Source: a virus (lineage: Duplodnaviria; Caudoviricetes). From it: a stretch of DNA of 35,765 nt. Position numbers and translations under genes: made by a program. A model generated the notes under the pieces. The model did not search any database and was not told the DNA's origin. It saw only the letters and a program-made list of their open reading frames with translations. The stretch's first letter is position 1, and every line of letters starts with the position of its first letter. This document shows, in pieces, positions 27,777 through 35,765 of the stretch. The DNA is taken from positions 1 to 35,765 of IMG/VR virus record IMGVR_UViG_3300048851_000226. The stretch is one strand, 5' to 3'.

Positions 27777-27857
27777 GGCCCGCTGTCTCTAAACGGGAAA
27801 CCGTTCTCGTGCCGTTCTCTTACAAAAGGTATTCTCCACCGTTTCCGATACGGATAT
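27751..27857. promoter_or_regulatory. OR-like operators: 27751-27767, 27785-27801, 27841-27857
   Basis: 17-bp imperfect palindromes GTATGCGTTTTGGAAAC, GTCTCTAAACGGGAAAC, GTTTCCGATACGGATAT. Confidence 0.75.
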
Positions 27858-27866
27858 ATGGTTGCC

Positions 27867-28490
27867 ATGAGCGATACACCAAACACCGCGAAGCCCGCCG
27901 GCGACCTTCCTTGGGGGCTACGTATCCGCCAGCTGCGGATCGCCGCCGGCCTCACGCAAGAACAGCTCGCGGACAAGATGGACACAACCAAGGCGACGGT
28001 CAGCAAGATCGAGCGCTCCACCGGACTTCCAAAAGGGATTTGGCTTGTAAAGCTGGCCCGCGCCCTAGGGGTAGACTTCGGATCGCTATCGCCTGATGCC
28101 CAGCCTCATCTGCAACGAGCGGACCAAATCCCAGTGATCGGCATGATCGCTGCCGGAAACTGGCGCGAAGCAATTCAGTCGCCCGACGGTTACATCACCG
28201 CAATCAATCCCAAGCCTCACATGTTCGCGCTTCAGATCCATGGCGACAGCATGGACCAGATCGCACCTGAGGGCGCCTTCGTCTCGATCGACCCGACCAG
28301 CCCGACGTTGTCCGAGGGTTCGCTGTATGCGGTCCAAAACGGGGACGGCGAAGCCACTATCAAGCGGTTCCGCCGTTCGCCGGACCGGCTGGAGCCGATG
28401 AGCAGCAATCCGGTACACCAACCGATCATTCTCGGCAGCGAGCCGATCACGATAATCGGACGCGCGACATCGGTCGTCCAAATGCTCTAG
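27867..28490 (+). CDS. cI: CI-like repressor (XRE HTH + S24 peptidase); start revised, 27858 possible
   Basis: LTQEQLA..VSKIE HTH; IAAG cleavage site, GDSM Ser and TIKR Lys. Confidence 0.93.
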   Translation: MSDTPNTAKPAGDLPWGLRIRQLRIAAGLTQEQLADKMDTTKATVSKIERSTGLPKGIWLVKLARALGVDFGSLSPDAQPHLQRADQIPVIGMIAAGNWREAIQSPDGYITAINPKPHMFALQIHGDSMDQIAPEGAFVSIDPTSPTLSEGSLYAVQNGDGEATIKRFRRSPDRLEPMSSNPVHQPIILGSEPITIIGRATSVVQML

Positions 28491-28542
28491 TTTCCATAGC
28501 GCATACTTTGTGCGTTGACATAGTTTCCAAAACGCATACCTT
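28490..28542 (+). promoter_or_regulatory. PL-like promoter with two operators (28490-28506, 28523-28539)
   Basis: TTGACA-N16-TACCTT; operator GTTTCCAAAACGCATAC is the exact reverse complement of 27751-27767. Confidence 0.8.
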
Positions 28543-28689
28543 TAGCGCATCAGATGATCTGGTGCGGACGCTAAGGCGCCTCGTCGGTCCCAGCTGATAC
28601 GCAGGACCGGAAAGACGCGTCGCGGGTAGCTATCATAGGCCCCGACCTCCGCCGATCCGCCTGCTTCAACATTGCAGGGAGGATGGCTC

Positions 28690-29256
28690 ATGGCCGCCGA
28701 AGCACAACGCGCACCCCGAGTGCGTGAACAGTCGAATTTTGCCCGGCGCATTCCGCGTCCCGCCGGCATCCAAACCAGCATGTCGCTCGCCGCCGAGGCA
28801 ATCACGGACCGGTATTCCGATCCGACTTATGAGGGCGCGTCCCTTCAGATACTCGCCCGCGTGCCACCGCGGCACGGTGCCGTCGCCGCCGAGCACGATA
28901 GCGCGCTTATCCGCAAGGGTGAGGTCGCGATCTATGATGAGGGCGCGGTCGAACAGGAAGGGCTGGTCGACGGTGCCGTTTACGCGATCGAGTATCAGCA
29001 CGCACGCGGTCACCTTCCGAAGGACATGTGGGCGGACAGCACCAACTTTCGGATGAGGACACGCCGGCAGATCGTGATCGTTCGCCGGCATTCGAAGTTG
29101 CCAGATCGGTGGATGGTTCATCCGGTCAGGGATAGCCAGCCAGGCTATTTCATCGTCGCCGACGGCCCCTATGATCCGACCCACCTTGCAGACAAGCTCG
29201 TCGGCCGGGTCGTCGGGATCTACAACCCGGCGGCGTTCGCGACGGTGTCACAGTGA
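28690..29256 (+). CDS. Hypothetical early protein with degenerate S24/LexA-CTD-like domain
   Basis: GGGAGG RBS; pattern IRKGEVAIYD...DGAVYAI...LVGRVVGIY. Confidence 0.6.
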   Translation: MAAEAQRAPRVREQSNFARRIPRPAGIQTSMSLAAEAITDRYSDPTYEGASLQILARVPPRHGAVAAEHDSALIRKGEVAIYDEGAVEQEGLVDGAVYAIEYQHARGHLPKDMWADSTNFRMRTRRQIVIVRRHSKLPDRWMVHPVRDSQPGYFIVADGPYDPTHLADKLVGRVVGIYNPAAFATVSQ

Positions 29257-29909
29257 CCGCGGCCCTGCCCCCGCACGTCGCCACCCCCGACGAGCCCATC
29301 CCCCCGCCGAGCAAGCACCCGCTGGCTAACGAGCCAGATATGCGCACCGTCACGCCGATCGAGATCATGCTCGCCGAGCTGGCGAACATCGCCGACGACG
29401 ATACGGCCTTCGTCGCTCAGTTTCGCGCTTACATTCGCGAGATCGGTTGCACGTTGATGGCTCACTACGGCCGCGACGGAGATCTCACGATAAGCCTCGG
29501 TTCGCCGGTCGACGTCCAAGTGCGTCATCGCAGCCGATGGTCCTACTACCTCTTTGACCGCCTGGACGCGGTCGAGGGTCGTCGCGACCTCCTCCTTTCC
29601 ATGCTTATTGCCGAGCGTGTCTGCTGGGACGATCGCCCTGCGCGCCCGCGAGACACCACCGTCGCCATCCGCGGCTTCCTGAACGCAGGTGGCCGTATCC
29701 TCATCAGCCCATGTGGTAGGCTTGAGGAGAACGGGTGCGCCGCCGCTCTGTCGCTCGTAGACCCCCGCGCCGACGAATGCGCCGCGGCGGCATTCCGCTA
29801 CCTAGACGTCCGCCGCCGCTTCCGCGCCGATCGCCAGATCCGTCGCGCGGTTCGCCTGTTCGGCCGCGTTCAAAACGGCTGGCACGTCCTGGAGAAGGCG
29901 CATGGTTGA
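29253..29909 (+). CDS. Hypothetical protein, 218 aa
   Basis: GTGA overlap; in the coupled operon. Confidence 0.7.
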   Translation: MTAALPPHVATPDEPIPPPSKHPLANEPDMRTVTPIEIMLAELANIADDDTAFVAQFRAYIREIGCTLMAHYGRDGDLTISLGSPVDVQVRHRSRWSYYLFDRLDAVEGRRDLLLSMLIAERVCWDDRPARPRDTTVAIRGFLNAGGRILISPCGRLEENGCAAALSLVDPRADECAAAAFRYLDVRRRFRADRQIRRAVRLFGRVQNGWHVLEKAHG

Positions 29910-30207
29910 CCGTTGCCGCACTTGTCGTTTCTGGCAGCTGGATCTTAGGTCTGACCAGATCGATCCTGGCGAGGACATGGATAGCGGCTTCGGCTGGTGT
30001 CGCCTCCGCCCGCCGACGATCATCGACCACATGGCGCGGATGGCAATCCGCCAGCCCGGCTTCGGAGGCACTTTCATAGATCGCGAAGACATCGCGAACG
30101 CCATGGAGGTGGAGAACGCCACCATGTTCCCCGCGACCTATGGCACCAACTGGTGTGGGGAGTATCAGGCGTTGCCCGCGGACCCGAAAGAAGGGGCGGC
30201 GGCATGA
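29902..30207 (+). CDS. Cys-containing putative metal-binding protein, 101 aa
   Basis: CRTCRFW...GWCRLRPP...FPAT...WCGEY. Confidence 0.75.
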   Translation: MVDRCRTCRFWQLDLRSDQIDPGEDMDSGFGWCRLRPPTIIDHMARMAIRQPGFGGTFIDREDIANAMEVENATMFPATYGTNWCGEYQALPADPKEGAAA

Positions 30208-30422
30208 TGCGGCTCGCAACGGTCACCGATCCGGTCGACCTCGCCTGGGCAGCATTCGACGCCGCCGCCCTGCGCCTCCACTACCTATACGGCACGATCG
30301 ACCTGATAACCGACACGCCCGCGGATCGCGCGCAGCGCATGAAGCTGGCGACCGAGGTCGCGCGACTGTGGGACGATTGGCGCAAGCTGTTTCTCGGAGA
30401 AGTGCCGGGAGACGCCGCATGA
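30204..30422 (+). CDS. Hypothetical helical protein, 72 aa
   Basis: ATGA overlaps at both ends. Confidence 0.65.
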   Translation: MMRLATVTDPVDLAWAAFDAAALRLHYLYGTIDLITDTPADRAQRMKLATEVARLWDDWRKLFLGEVPGDAA

Positions 30423-30706
30423 TGCCCCGCGAGCGCGAACTGCTGCACTATCTGCAGACCTACATTGCGGGTCACGGCGTACCGCCGACTGTGCGCGAAA
30501 TGCAGGCGCAACTTGGTCTGGCGTCGCCGTCAGGCCCATCGCGCCTGCTCGACGCCTTGGAACGTCAGGGCCTGATCGCTCGCGAGAGGGGTAAGGGTCG
30601 CAACCTGCGCCTGACCCGTCCGCCGGTGGACCTGTCGAAGATTAGTGACGTGGACTTGCTTGCCGAGATCGCGCGGCGCCCCGCTTTGGCGGATGCGCTC
30701 GCATGA
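30419..30706 (+). CDS. LexA DNA-binding-domain-only protein, 95 aa
   Basis: RERELLHYL...G.PPTVREM...LGLASPSG..RLLDALERQGLI.R; no peptidase domain. Confidence 0.8.
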   Translation: MMPRERELLHYLQTYIAGHGVPPTVREMQAQLGLASPSGPSRLLDALERQGLIARERGKGRNLRLTRPPVDLSKISDVDLLAEIARRPALADALA

Positions 30707-30948
30707 GCCGGCTAACAGACCGCGTTGCGAGCTTCGGCATAGCTTCAGCTGCCGTCCTTGCGCTGATCGTCTCGCATGAGGTCGGGTATTGGCAGGGTGC
30801 TCGTCAGAGCCATGAGCGAACTATCCTCCAGACGACGGAGTACGCCGCAACAATCTGCGTAGCGAGCCAGCTGGTCACGCTGCGCCAGATGACGCGGCTG
30901 ATCGAGGCAAAAAACCGGAAGCCGATCGTCGTGGAGTGCCGGCGATGA
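30703..30948 (+). CDS. Single-pass membrane protein, 81 aa
   Basis: N-terminal hydrophobic helix; coupled. Confidence 0.65.
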   Translation: MSRLTDRVASFGIASAAVLALIVSHEVGYWQGARQSHERTILQTTEYAATICVASQLVTLRQMTRLIEAKNRKPIVVECRR

Positions 30949-31148
30949 CGGGGCTGCGCCTGTGCCGAGACTGCCGCTGGAAGCGGCGCCAATTCCTCCT
31001 GCCGCCCGCCTGCGGACATCACGCGGTGTCGCCCGTGTTGCTCGACGTCGTGAGCGGCGCAACGCCGCAGAAGCGCGAGTGGTGCAGTAGCGCACGCGGC
31101 GGGGAAGCCTGCGGCGCGGACGGCCGTCTATGGGAGCAACGGCAGTGA
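30945..31148 (+). CDS. Cys-rich small protein, 67 aa
   Basis: LCRDCRW...C...C..AR....CG..GRLWE; coupled. Confidence 0.7.
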   Translation: MTGLRLCRDCRWKRRQFLLPPACGHHAVSPVLLDVVSGATPQKREWCSSARGGEACGADGRLWEQRQ

Positions 31149-31468
31149 CCGACCTGTTCCGCTATCCCGGAACACCGGGCGCGCAGGATCGCGACACGTC
31201 GCGCGCGGCAGCCGATGCGATCGCGCCGACCGCGGCGCTGCTGCGCGACAAGGCGCTGGCGGTCCTGGAACGATCGAACGGACTCACCGCCGACGAGGTC
31301 GCCGGCCGGCTCGGCCTGTCGATCCTTTCGATCAGGCCCCGGCTCACCGAACTTTCGCGCTTGGGGCAGGTTCGGGACGGCGGCGGTCGACGGAGGAACG
31401 GGAGCGGGCGGAAGGCTATCGTCTGGCTTCCGGTCTTCCCTGCCCGGCTTCCAGGCCAGCGCCGATGA
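31145..31468 (+). CDS. Winged-HTH protein
   Basis: DTSRAAA...GLTADEVA..L...SIRPRLTEL...G. Confidence 0.75.
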   Translation: MTDLFRYPGTPGAQDRDTSRAAADAIAPTAALLRDKALAVLERSNGLTADEVAGRLGLSILSIRPRLTELSRLGQVRDGGGRRRNGSGRKAIVWLPVFPARLPGQRR

Positions 31469-31644
31469 GCCCCGCCTCCGAGCAAGCGTGCCAGTTCGTC
31501 GAGCTCGTCGCGCGGGCTCAGCCGTCGCCCGGCAACGCGCTCGACGAGACGATCGTCGCGGTCGCGCGAAAGATCGCCGCAGGGATCCGTCGCGAACGAT
31601 TTCAAACCAGCCGCTCCGGCGTGCCACTCACAAGGAAAGCATGA
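31465..31644 (+). CDS. Hypothetical protein, 59 aa (MSPASEQACQFVELVARA...)
   Basis: Not in the ORF track; ATGA overlaps at both ends. Confidence 0.6.
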   Translation: MSPASEQACQFVELVARAQPSPGNALDETIVAVARKIAAGIRRERFQTSRSGVPLTRKA

Positions 31645-31946
31645 TGCCCGATACCAGCACGACTGCCAGCCCGGCCCGCTCGCTCGACACGAAGCGCTTC
31701 GGCGGCAACTTTCTCCTGTTCCGCAAGGCCGGCGACAGCCTGAAGCGCGGCGGCGGTGCCGGCGGGATCGAACAGGCCAAAGCCCAGCGCGTCCGGCCTC
31801 CTCGGTTTCGTCACCCGTCGTTCGCCGCAGCCGAGATCGAGGCAGGTCGGCTGCTCGACCTGATGCCAGACTCGACGTTCGTCATCCTGCAGGAGGTCGC
31901 CCGCGTGAAGGTGAAGCCACTCGTCGCACCGGCGGAGCACGACTGA
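31641..31946 (+). CDS. Hypothetical protein, 101 aa
   Basis: AAGGA RBS; PRFRHPSF.AAE.EA.RL motif. Confidence 0.7.
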   Translation: MMPDTSTTASPARSLDTKRFGGNFLLFRKAGDSLKRGGGAGGIEQAKAQRVRPPRFRHPSFAAAEIEAGRLLDLMPDSTFVILQEVARVKVKPLVAPAEHD

Positions 31947-32431
31947 TGCGCCCGCTACCGGATCCCGCCGCCGTTGCAACCGCGATCATGGCCGACGTCC
32001 GCACCCGCATGCCGTCACTGACGCAGATAGCAGCGGCCGGCGACGGGAAAGCAGACCCGCACGACATGGGGCCTGACCTGACGTTGCCTGCGCTCCACAT
32101 GCACCTCGTCATCCAGTACGCGGAAGCCTTGCGGCTCGAGCTTGCCCGAAAAGCGATGGACCTGGTCTTCGCAGAACGGGCATCGATCGGGGTCGCGCCT
32201 GATGACGTGGGCGATGCTCGTGCGATCTACGCGGCACGAATCGCTCAGGTTGTTGTCGCTTCGCTCAATGGCGGACATGAGGAGGCGGTGAGCAGCCTGC
32301 TTCAGGCGGCGGCGTCGATCCTCGCCAGCAGGTACGAGGGACGGTTCGCCGCACACGCGCTTGAGACCGGCGCGGCAATGTTTGCCGACGAAATCCGGCG
32401 TAGCTTCTCGCCGACGGGGCCCCTGCAATGA
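31946..32431 (+). CDS. Hypothetical protein, 161 aa
   Basis: TGATG coupling. Confidence 0.65.
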   Translation: MRPLPDPAAVATAIMADVRTRMPSLTQIAAAGDGKADPHDMGPDLTLPALHMHLVIQYAEALRLELARKAMDLVFAERASIGVAPDDVGDARAIYAARIAQVVVASLNGGHEEAVSSLLQAAASILASRYEGRFAAHALETGAAMFADEIRRSFSPTGPLQ

Positions 32432-32610
32432 CGTTCGCGCGCCTGCTGATCGGAGCGATCTTGGTTGTCGCGCTCGAACACGCCGACACTTGGCACGACT
32501 TTCTCGGCGTGATCGTCTTCGCATGGATCGCATGGTCGTTCACTACCGACCCGCTGCCCGCCGCGATCGATCGCGGGATCGAGGCTTTCAAGAACAGGTA
32601 TCAGCGATGA
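32428..32610 (+). CDS. Small two-TM membrane protein, 60 aa
   Basis: Two hydrophobic segments; coupled at both ends. Confidence 0.6.
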   Translation: MTFARLLIGAILVVALEHADTWHDFLGVIVFAWIAWSFTTDPLPAAIDRGIEAFKNRYQR

Positions 32611-32807
32611 CGGATATATTGGCCGACCGCCTGCTTCGGCTGTCCCAGGTATTGGAGATCGCCGGCTTGAGCAAAGCGATGGTCTACCGCCTCGTGCGGG
32701 AGGGCAAGTTCCCGAAACCGTGCAAGCCCGGTGGCATTGCGACGCGCTGGGTTGAAAGCGAGGTGCGCGCGTGGCGAGAACAGGTCGAAGCGGCCAGAGC
32801 GGCTTAG
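32607..32807 (+). CDS. AlpA-family excisionase/recombination directionality factor, 66 aa
   Basis: LLRLSQV....GLSK..VYR....GKFPKP......RW.ESEV.AW. Confidence 0.9.
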   Translation: MTDILADRLLRLSQVLEIAGLSKAMVYRLVREGKFPKPCKPGGIATRWVESEVRAWREQVEAARAA

Positions 32808-33604
32808 TCTAGCCCTAGCATGTCACCCTCGCCCGGCGGCAATCCCTGAAGCCTTTCTTCGCGGCCCTTCGCTATGACCTTTTCAATCGTGATTTCCATA
32901 ATTGAAAGTGCGCTAAAGACACCGTCCCACAGGTCGTCTGTCACGGTGTGACTTGCCCCGCGCGCAAAATTAAAGAGGCTCGCGGCGCGCGCGTAGAGGG
33001 CCGCTGCCTCGAGGATATATTCAGCCAACTCGTCGATCGTAATTCTTACGCCTGCCCCCATGGGTTGCGTCCGCGCATCGAGCACTTGCGCTTCGCGAAA
33101 GATGCTTGCGATGCGCTCAAGTACGAGTGCGTCGTCCGCATGCTCAAGGACTTGCTGGAGAGGGGGTATCAGCTGCTGCGGAAATCGGGGAACCTGGGCG
33201 ATCATGGCATACGGATGCGCTGCCGGGTTCATATCTGGGTACGCAACATCTTCTGCCGGCCATGCGTGATCGAGCGCTGTCGCTACGTCCTGTGCGTGTC
33301 CGCAGATCGCACTTAGAACGCCTGGGAGTGACGCCCGCGCCGAACGCAAGAGACGCGCTCGACGATCTGCAGAGTCGTGAACTTGTGCGTTCAATTGCGC
33401 ACGAGCAGCCGCAACTTGGTCCTTTGCGGCGTCCAGCTGCCCTCTGGCGCTCCAAGCAGCCCAGCTCGCGGCCCCGACGGCCAAGACGCCGGTGATCATC
33501 GTTTGCCAGTGATCGCCCCACGCTACAGCGCAGGACACCCGTTCGGCCGCCGTCAGGCACCAGTGCCAGTCACCTTGCTCCCACCTGATCAATTCCGCCC
33601 CCAT
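32804..33604 (-). CDS. Membrane-anchored hypothetical protein, 266 aa (accessory)
   Basis: TM helix (WQTMITGVLAVGAASWAAW), coiled coil, helical domain; lower GC. Confidence 0.75.
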   Translation of the reverse strand: MGAELIRWEQGDWHWCLTAAERVSCAVAWGDHWQTMITGVLAVGAASWAAWSARGQLDAAKDQVAAARAQLNAQVHDSADRRARLLRSARASLPGVLSAICGHAQDVATALDHAWPAEDVAYPDMNPAAHPYAMIAQVPRFPQQLIPPLQQVLEHADDALVLERIASIFREAQVLDARTQPMGAGVRITIDELAEYILEAAALYARAASLFNFARGASHTVTDDLWDGVFSALSIMEITIEKVIAKGREERLQGLPPGEGDMLGLD

Positions 33605-33633
33605 CTCTCGAATCGTAGAAGCCAGCCGCCAGC

Positions 33634-34428
33634 CTAGCTACTCTCGACAGCCCAATTGAAAGGACGAAATAGCTTCTGACCCCCGAGGTTCGGATGCAGA
33701 TCAGGCCGTTCGGTCGTTAGCCCCATGAAAACGAGGACCTTCTGTAACGCAGCAACGTAGAAACCCATGCGTGGCTCGTTGGCCGCACCATACCGAATGA
33801 AGAATTGCTCGTGAAGGAACTGGCGCGCCCGCGCGGGAGTCACAGCAATTTCAGCTATGGCCAGCGCGCTCCGCATCCACTCCTCGCCCGGATCTTGGCC
33901 ATTCGTCGTTATACGCAGCCAAATTGCACCATCCAAGGACAGGGGCTGCCCGTGCGTTTGGTAGTGCAGGGCAAGCATCAGTTTGCGTCCCAACATCTGC
34001 AGGTCATCAAGCCAGATATCGGGCGAAATGTGTACGATCGGCAGGTCGGATGCTGGCAGTCCGGACGGTAATCTCAAGCCGCGCCTCTTCACGAAGGCGC
34101 GCTTCTGGTTGGCGGAAATTTGAAGCAGGGAGGGAATTACCTCCGGGTAATTTAACCGAACGGAATCGACACGCTTCCGGTAAGCAGCCTCTGCCTCAGG
34201 CCCTTCAACGTTCGCAATTAAAACGGAAAGTCTATTCTCAGCATCGCGAGATACGCGGTTGCACGGGACACATGACGGAAAGACAAAGCCTTCCGGCCAC
34301 TTCCGTTCAAGGAAGAATACCCGACCCGGTTGGTGATCTTCTTCCACTGCAACATTCTGGCCGGCACAGAAACAGCACCTAGGATGATCCGCAAAGAACT
34401 TTTCTCTGCGCTTTTTTGATGCTCCCAT
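33634..34428 (-). CDS. Zn-binding HNH-like nuclease with a ~200-aa C-terminal domain, 264 aa (start revised to MGASKK)
   Basis: CCFC...EEDHQP...PSCVPCN; TGATG overlap with the integrase; lower GC. Confidence 0.75.
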   Translation of the reverse strand: MGASKKRREKFFADHPRCCFCAGQNVAVEEDHQPGRVFFLERKWPEGFVFPSCVPCNRVSRDAENRLSVLIANVEGPEAEAAYRKRVDSVRLNYPEVIPSLLQISANQKRAFVKRRGLRLPSGLPASDLPIVHISPDIWLDDLQMLGRKLMLALHYQTHGQPLSLDGAIWLRITTNGQDPGEEWMRSALAIAEIAVTPARARQFLHEQFFIRYGAANEPRMGFYVAALQKVLVFMGLTTERPDLHPNLGGQKLFRPFNWAVESS

Positions 34429-35765
34429 CAGGTTCGCCCCGCCCCCGTCGTAGCATACCGCATCGGCTGTCCGAGATGCTTCTCGGGCGACACGAACCCA
34501 TCTAGCAGGAGACCAGCCCACTCGCACGCGATCTCGCGGCGACGGGGCATGTAGGCGGCCCGGTTGTAAGCGCCCTCCACTTTGTTCCCCGGAACGTGCG
34601 CGAGCATCAGGTCGACCACCGCGCGATCGTCGCCCTTCCCCTCCGCCTTCAACCGCTCGTTCATGATCGTGCTGAACGCCGCGCGGAAACCGTGCGGGAC
34701 ATGGCGCTGGTAATAGCCGGCACGGATCAGCAGCTGGCGCAGCGTATTCTCCGACATCGGCTTGTGCAGGTGGCGCTCGCCCGGGAAGACCAGCGCAAGG
34801 TCGCCGGTCAACGTCTTCAGGGCGCGGAGGATCGCCACGGCCTGCGGCGCGAGCGGCACCAGATGATCGCCGTCGGCCTCCGCTTTGCGATCCTCATCGC
34901 CCTTCATGCGCGCCGCCGGGATGCGCCATAGCGGCTCCTGCCCGTCGAGGTGCTCGAACTCCGCCCAGCGCGCGCCGCCGAGCTCTCCCGGCCGAACAGC
35001 GGTGAGCGCCAGCAGGCGGAGCGCCAGCTTGGTTGTCGCGCGGCACCGCTCGGCTTCGCACTTCTCCAACATCTCCCGCGTGGCGGCGATACGGGCCCCC
35101 TGATCGCGCAGGCCGTCGATGATCGACGGCTGGGGCTTCACGCGCGGCTTGGCGCTCAGCGCCTTGCCCAGGCTGGCCGCGGGGTCGCTTTCGGCGAGGC
35201 CGGCGGCAATCGCATAGACGAACACAGCGGAGAGGCGCTGGCGCAGCCGGTGCGCTGTCTCGATCGCGCCGCGCGCTTCGACATCGGTGAGGATGGCCAG
35301 CAGCTTCGGCGCTTTAATCGAGGTGATTGGCAGATCGCCAATCTCGGGCAGCACGTTCTCCTCGATGCTTTGCCATACCTTCGCCGCGTGCCTCGGCGCC
35401 CACGTCACCTTCTTCTTCGCGAACCACGCCTCGGCGACGACGCGCAGGGTGTTCGCGTTCGCGGCGGCGCGCTCGGTCGACGACGTCTTCTTCTCGATCG
35501 CGGGATCGTTGCCGGCGGCGAGCTGAGCTTTCGCGTCGTCGCGCTTCTTGCGCGCTTCGGTGAGCGACACCGCGGGATAGGAACCGAAGCTCAGCGTCTT
35601 CTGCGCTGGCTTGGTCGGATCTTTGGCGCTGCGCCCATACGTATAGTTCATGCGCCAGTGGCGGCCGCCGGACGGGCTCACCTGCAGGTAGAGCTGCCCC
35701 GAATCGCCCAGCCGGTATGGGGCTGCCCTGCCCTTGGCTGCTTTCACCTTCGCGTCGTTCAGCAT
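34428..35765 (-). CDS. int: P4-type tyrosine integrase with arm-binding domain
   Basis: DSGQLYL.V...G...W...Y, FGSYP.VSL.EAR; catalytic VRPGE, RMK, HGFR, LAH, AYN. Confidence 0.96.
   Translation of the reverse strand: MLNDAKVKAAKGRAAPYRLGDSGQLYLQVSPSGGRHWRMNYTYGRSAKDPTKPAQKTLSFGSYPAVSLTEARKKRDDAKAQLAAGNDPAIEKKTSSTERAAANANTLRVVAEAWFAKKKVTWAPRHAAKVWQSIEENVLPEIGDLPITSIKAPKLLAILTDVEARGAIETAHRLRQRLSAVFVYAIAAGLAESDPAASLGKALSAKPRVKPQPSIIDGLRDQGARIAATREMLEKCEAERCRATTKLALRLLALTAVRPGELGGARWAEFEHLDGQEPLWRIPAARMKGDEDRKAEADGDHLVPLAPQAVAILRALKTLTGDLALVFPGERHLHKPMSENTLRQLLIRAGYYQRHVPHGFRAAFSTIMNERLKAEGKGDDRAVVDLMLAHVPGNKVEGAYNRAAYMPRRREIACEWAGLLLDGFVSPEKHLGQPMRYATTGAGRT

Larger units (their letters stand above)
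1..35765. mobile_element. Lambdoid/HK97-like prophage; both ends, the endolysin and att sites lie outside the window
   Basis: Ordered integration, immunity, replication, packaging, head and tail modules. Confidence 0.95.

Noticed and set aside
27753-27857. N-terminal extension of cI in the track
   Set aside because: Runs through the operator/promoter region.
34429-34527. N-terminal extension of the HNH-like ORF
   Set aside because: Overlaps the integrase 3' end; the TGATG junction gives a better start at 34428.
1-35765. tRNA/rRNA genes, att core, endolysin, recombinase
   Set aside because: None recognised. The window stops at the integrase ATG and inside the holin-like gene, so att sites and the endolysin are probably outside it.

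Overview
This window is most of a GC-rich lambdoid/HK97-like siphovirus prophage. An alphaproteobacterial, possibly Sphingomonas-like, host is inferred from protein style only. Reading right to left: a P4-type tyrosine integrase with two coupled accessory genes (Zn/HNH-like nuclease and a membrane-anchored protein); a + strand early operon ending in an AlpA-type excisionase; a cI/cro switch with five 17-bp operators; DnaB, an iteron-containing replication initiator and a putative loader; a NusG-type antiterminator in the lambda Q position; HNH/TerS/TerL; portal/protease/capsid; head-tail and tail genes with a -1 frameshift chaperone pair; the tape measure; a fused tail-tip protein; a tail fibre with a putative autocleaving chaperone domain; an SGNH esterase; and the start of a lysis cassette. 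The most unusual region is 700-2660, a string of microproteins missed by the ORF track. Two of them are miniature, codon-diverged copies of parts of neighbouring large proteins: the esterase N-terminal peptide and the tail-fibre C-terminal domain. All product calls come from motif recognition and synteny, not database searches.
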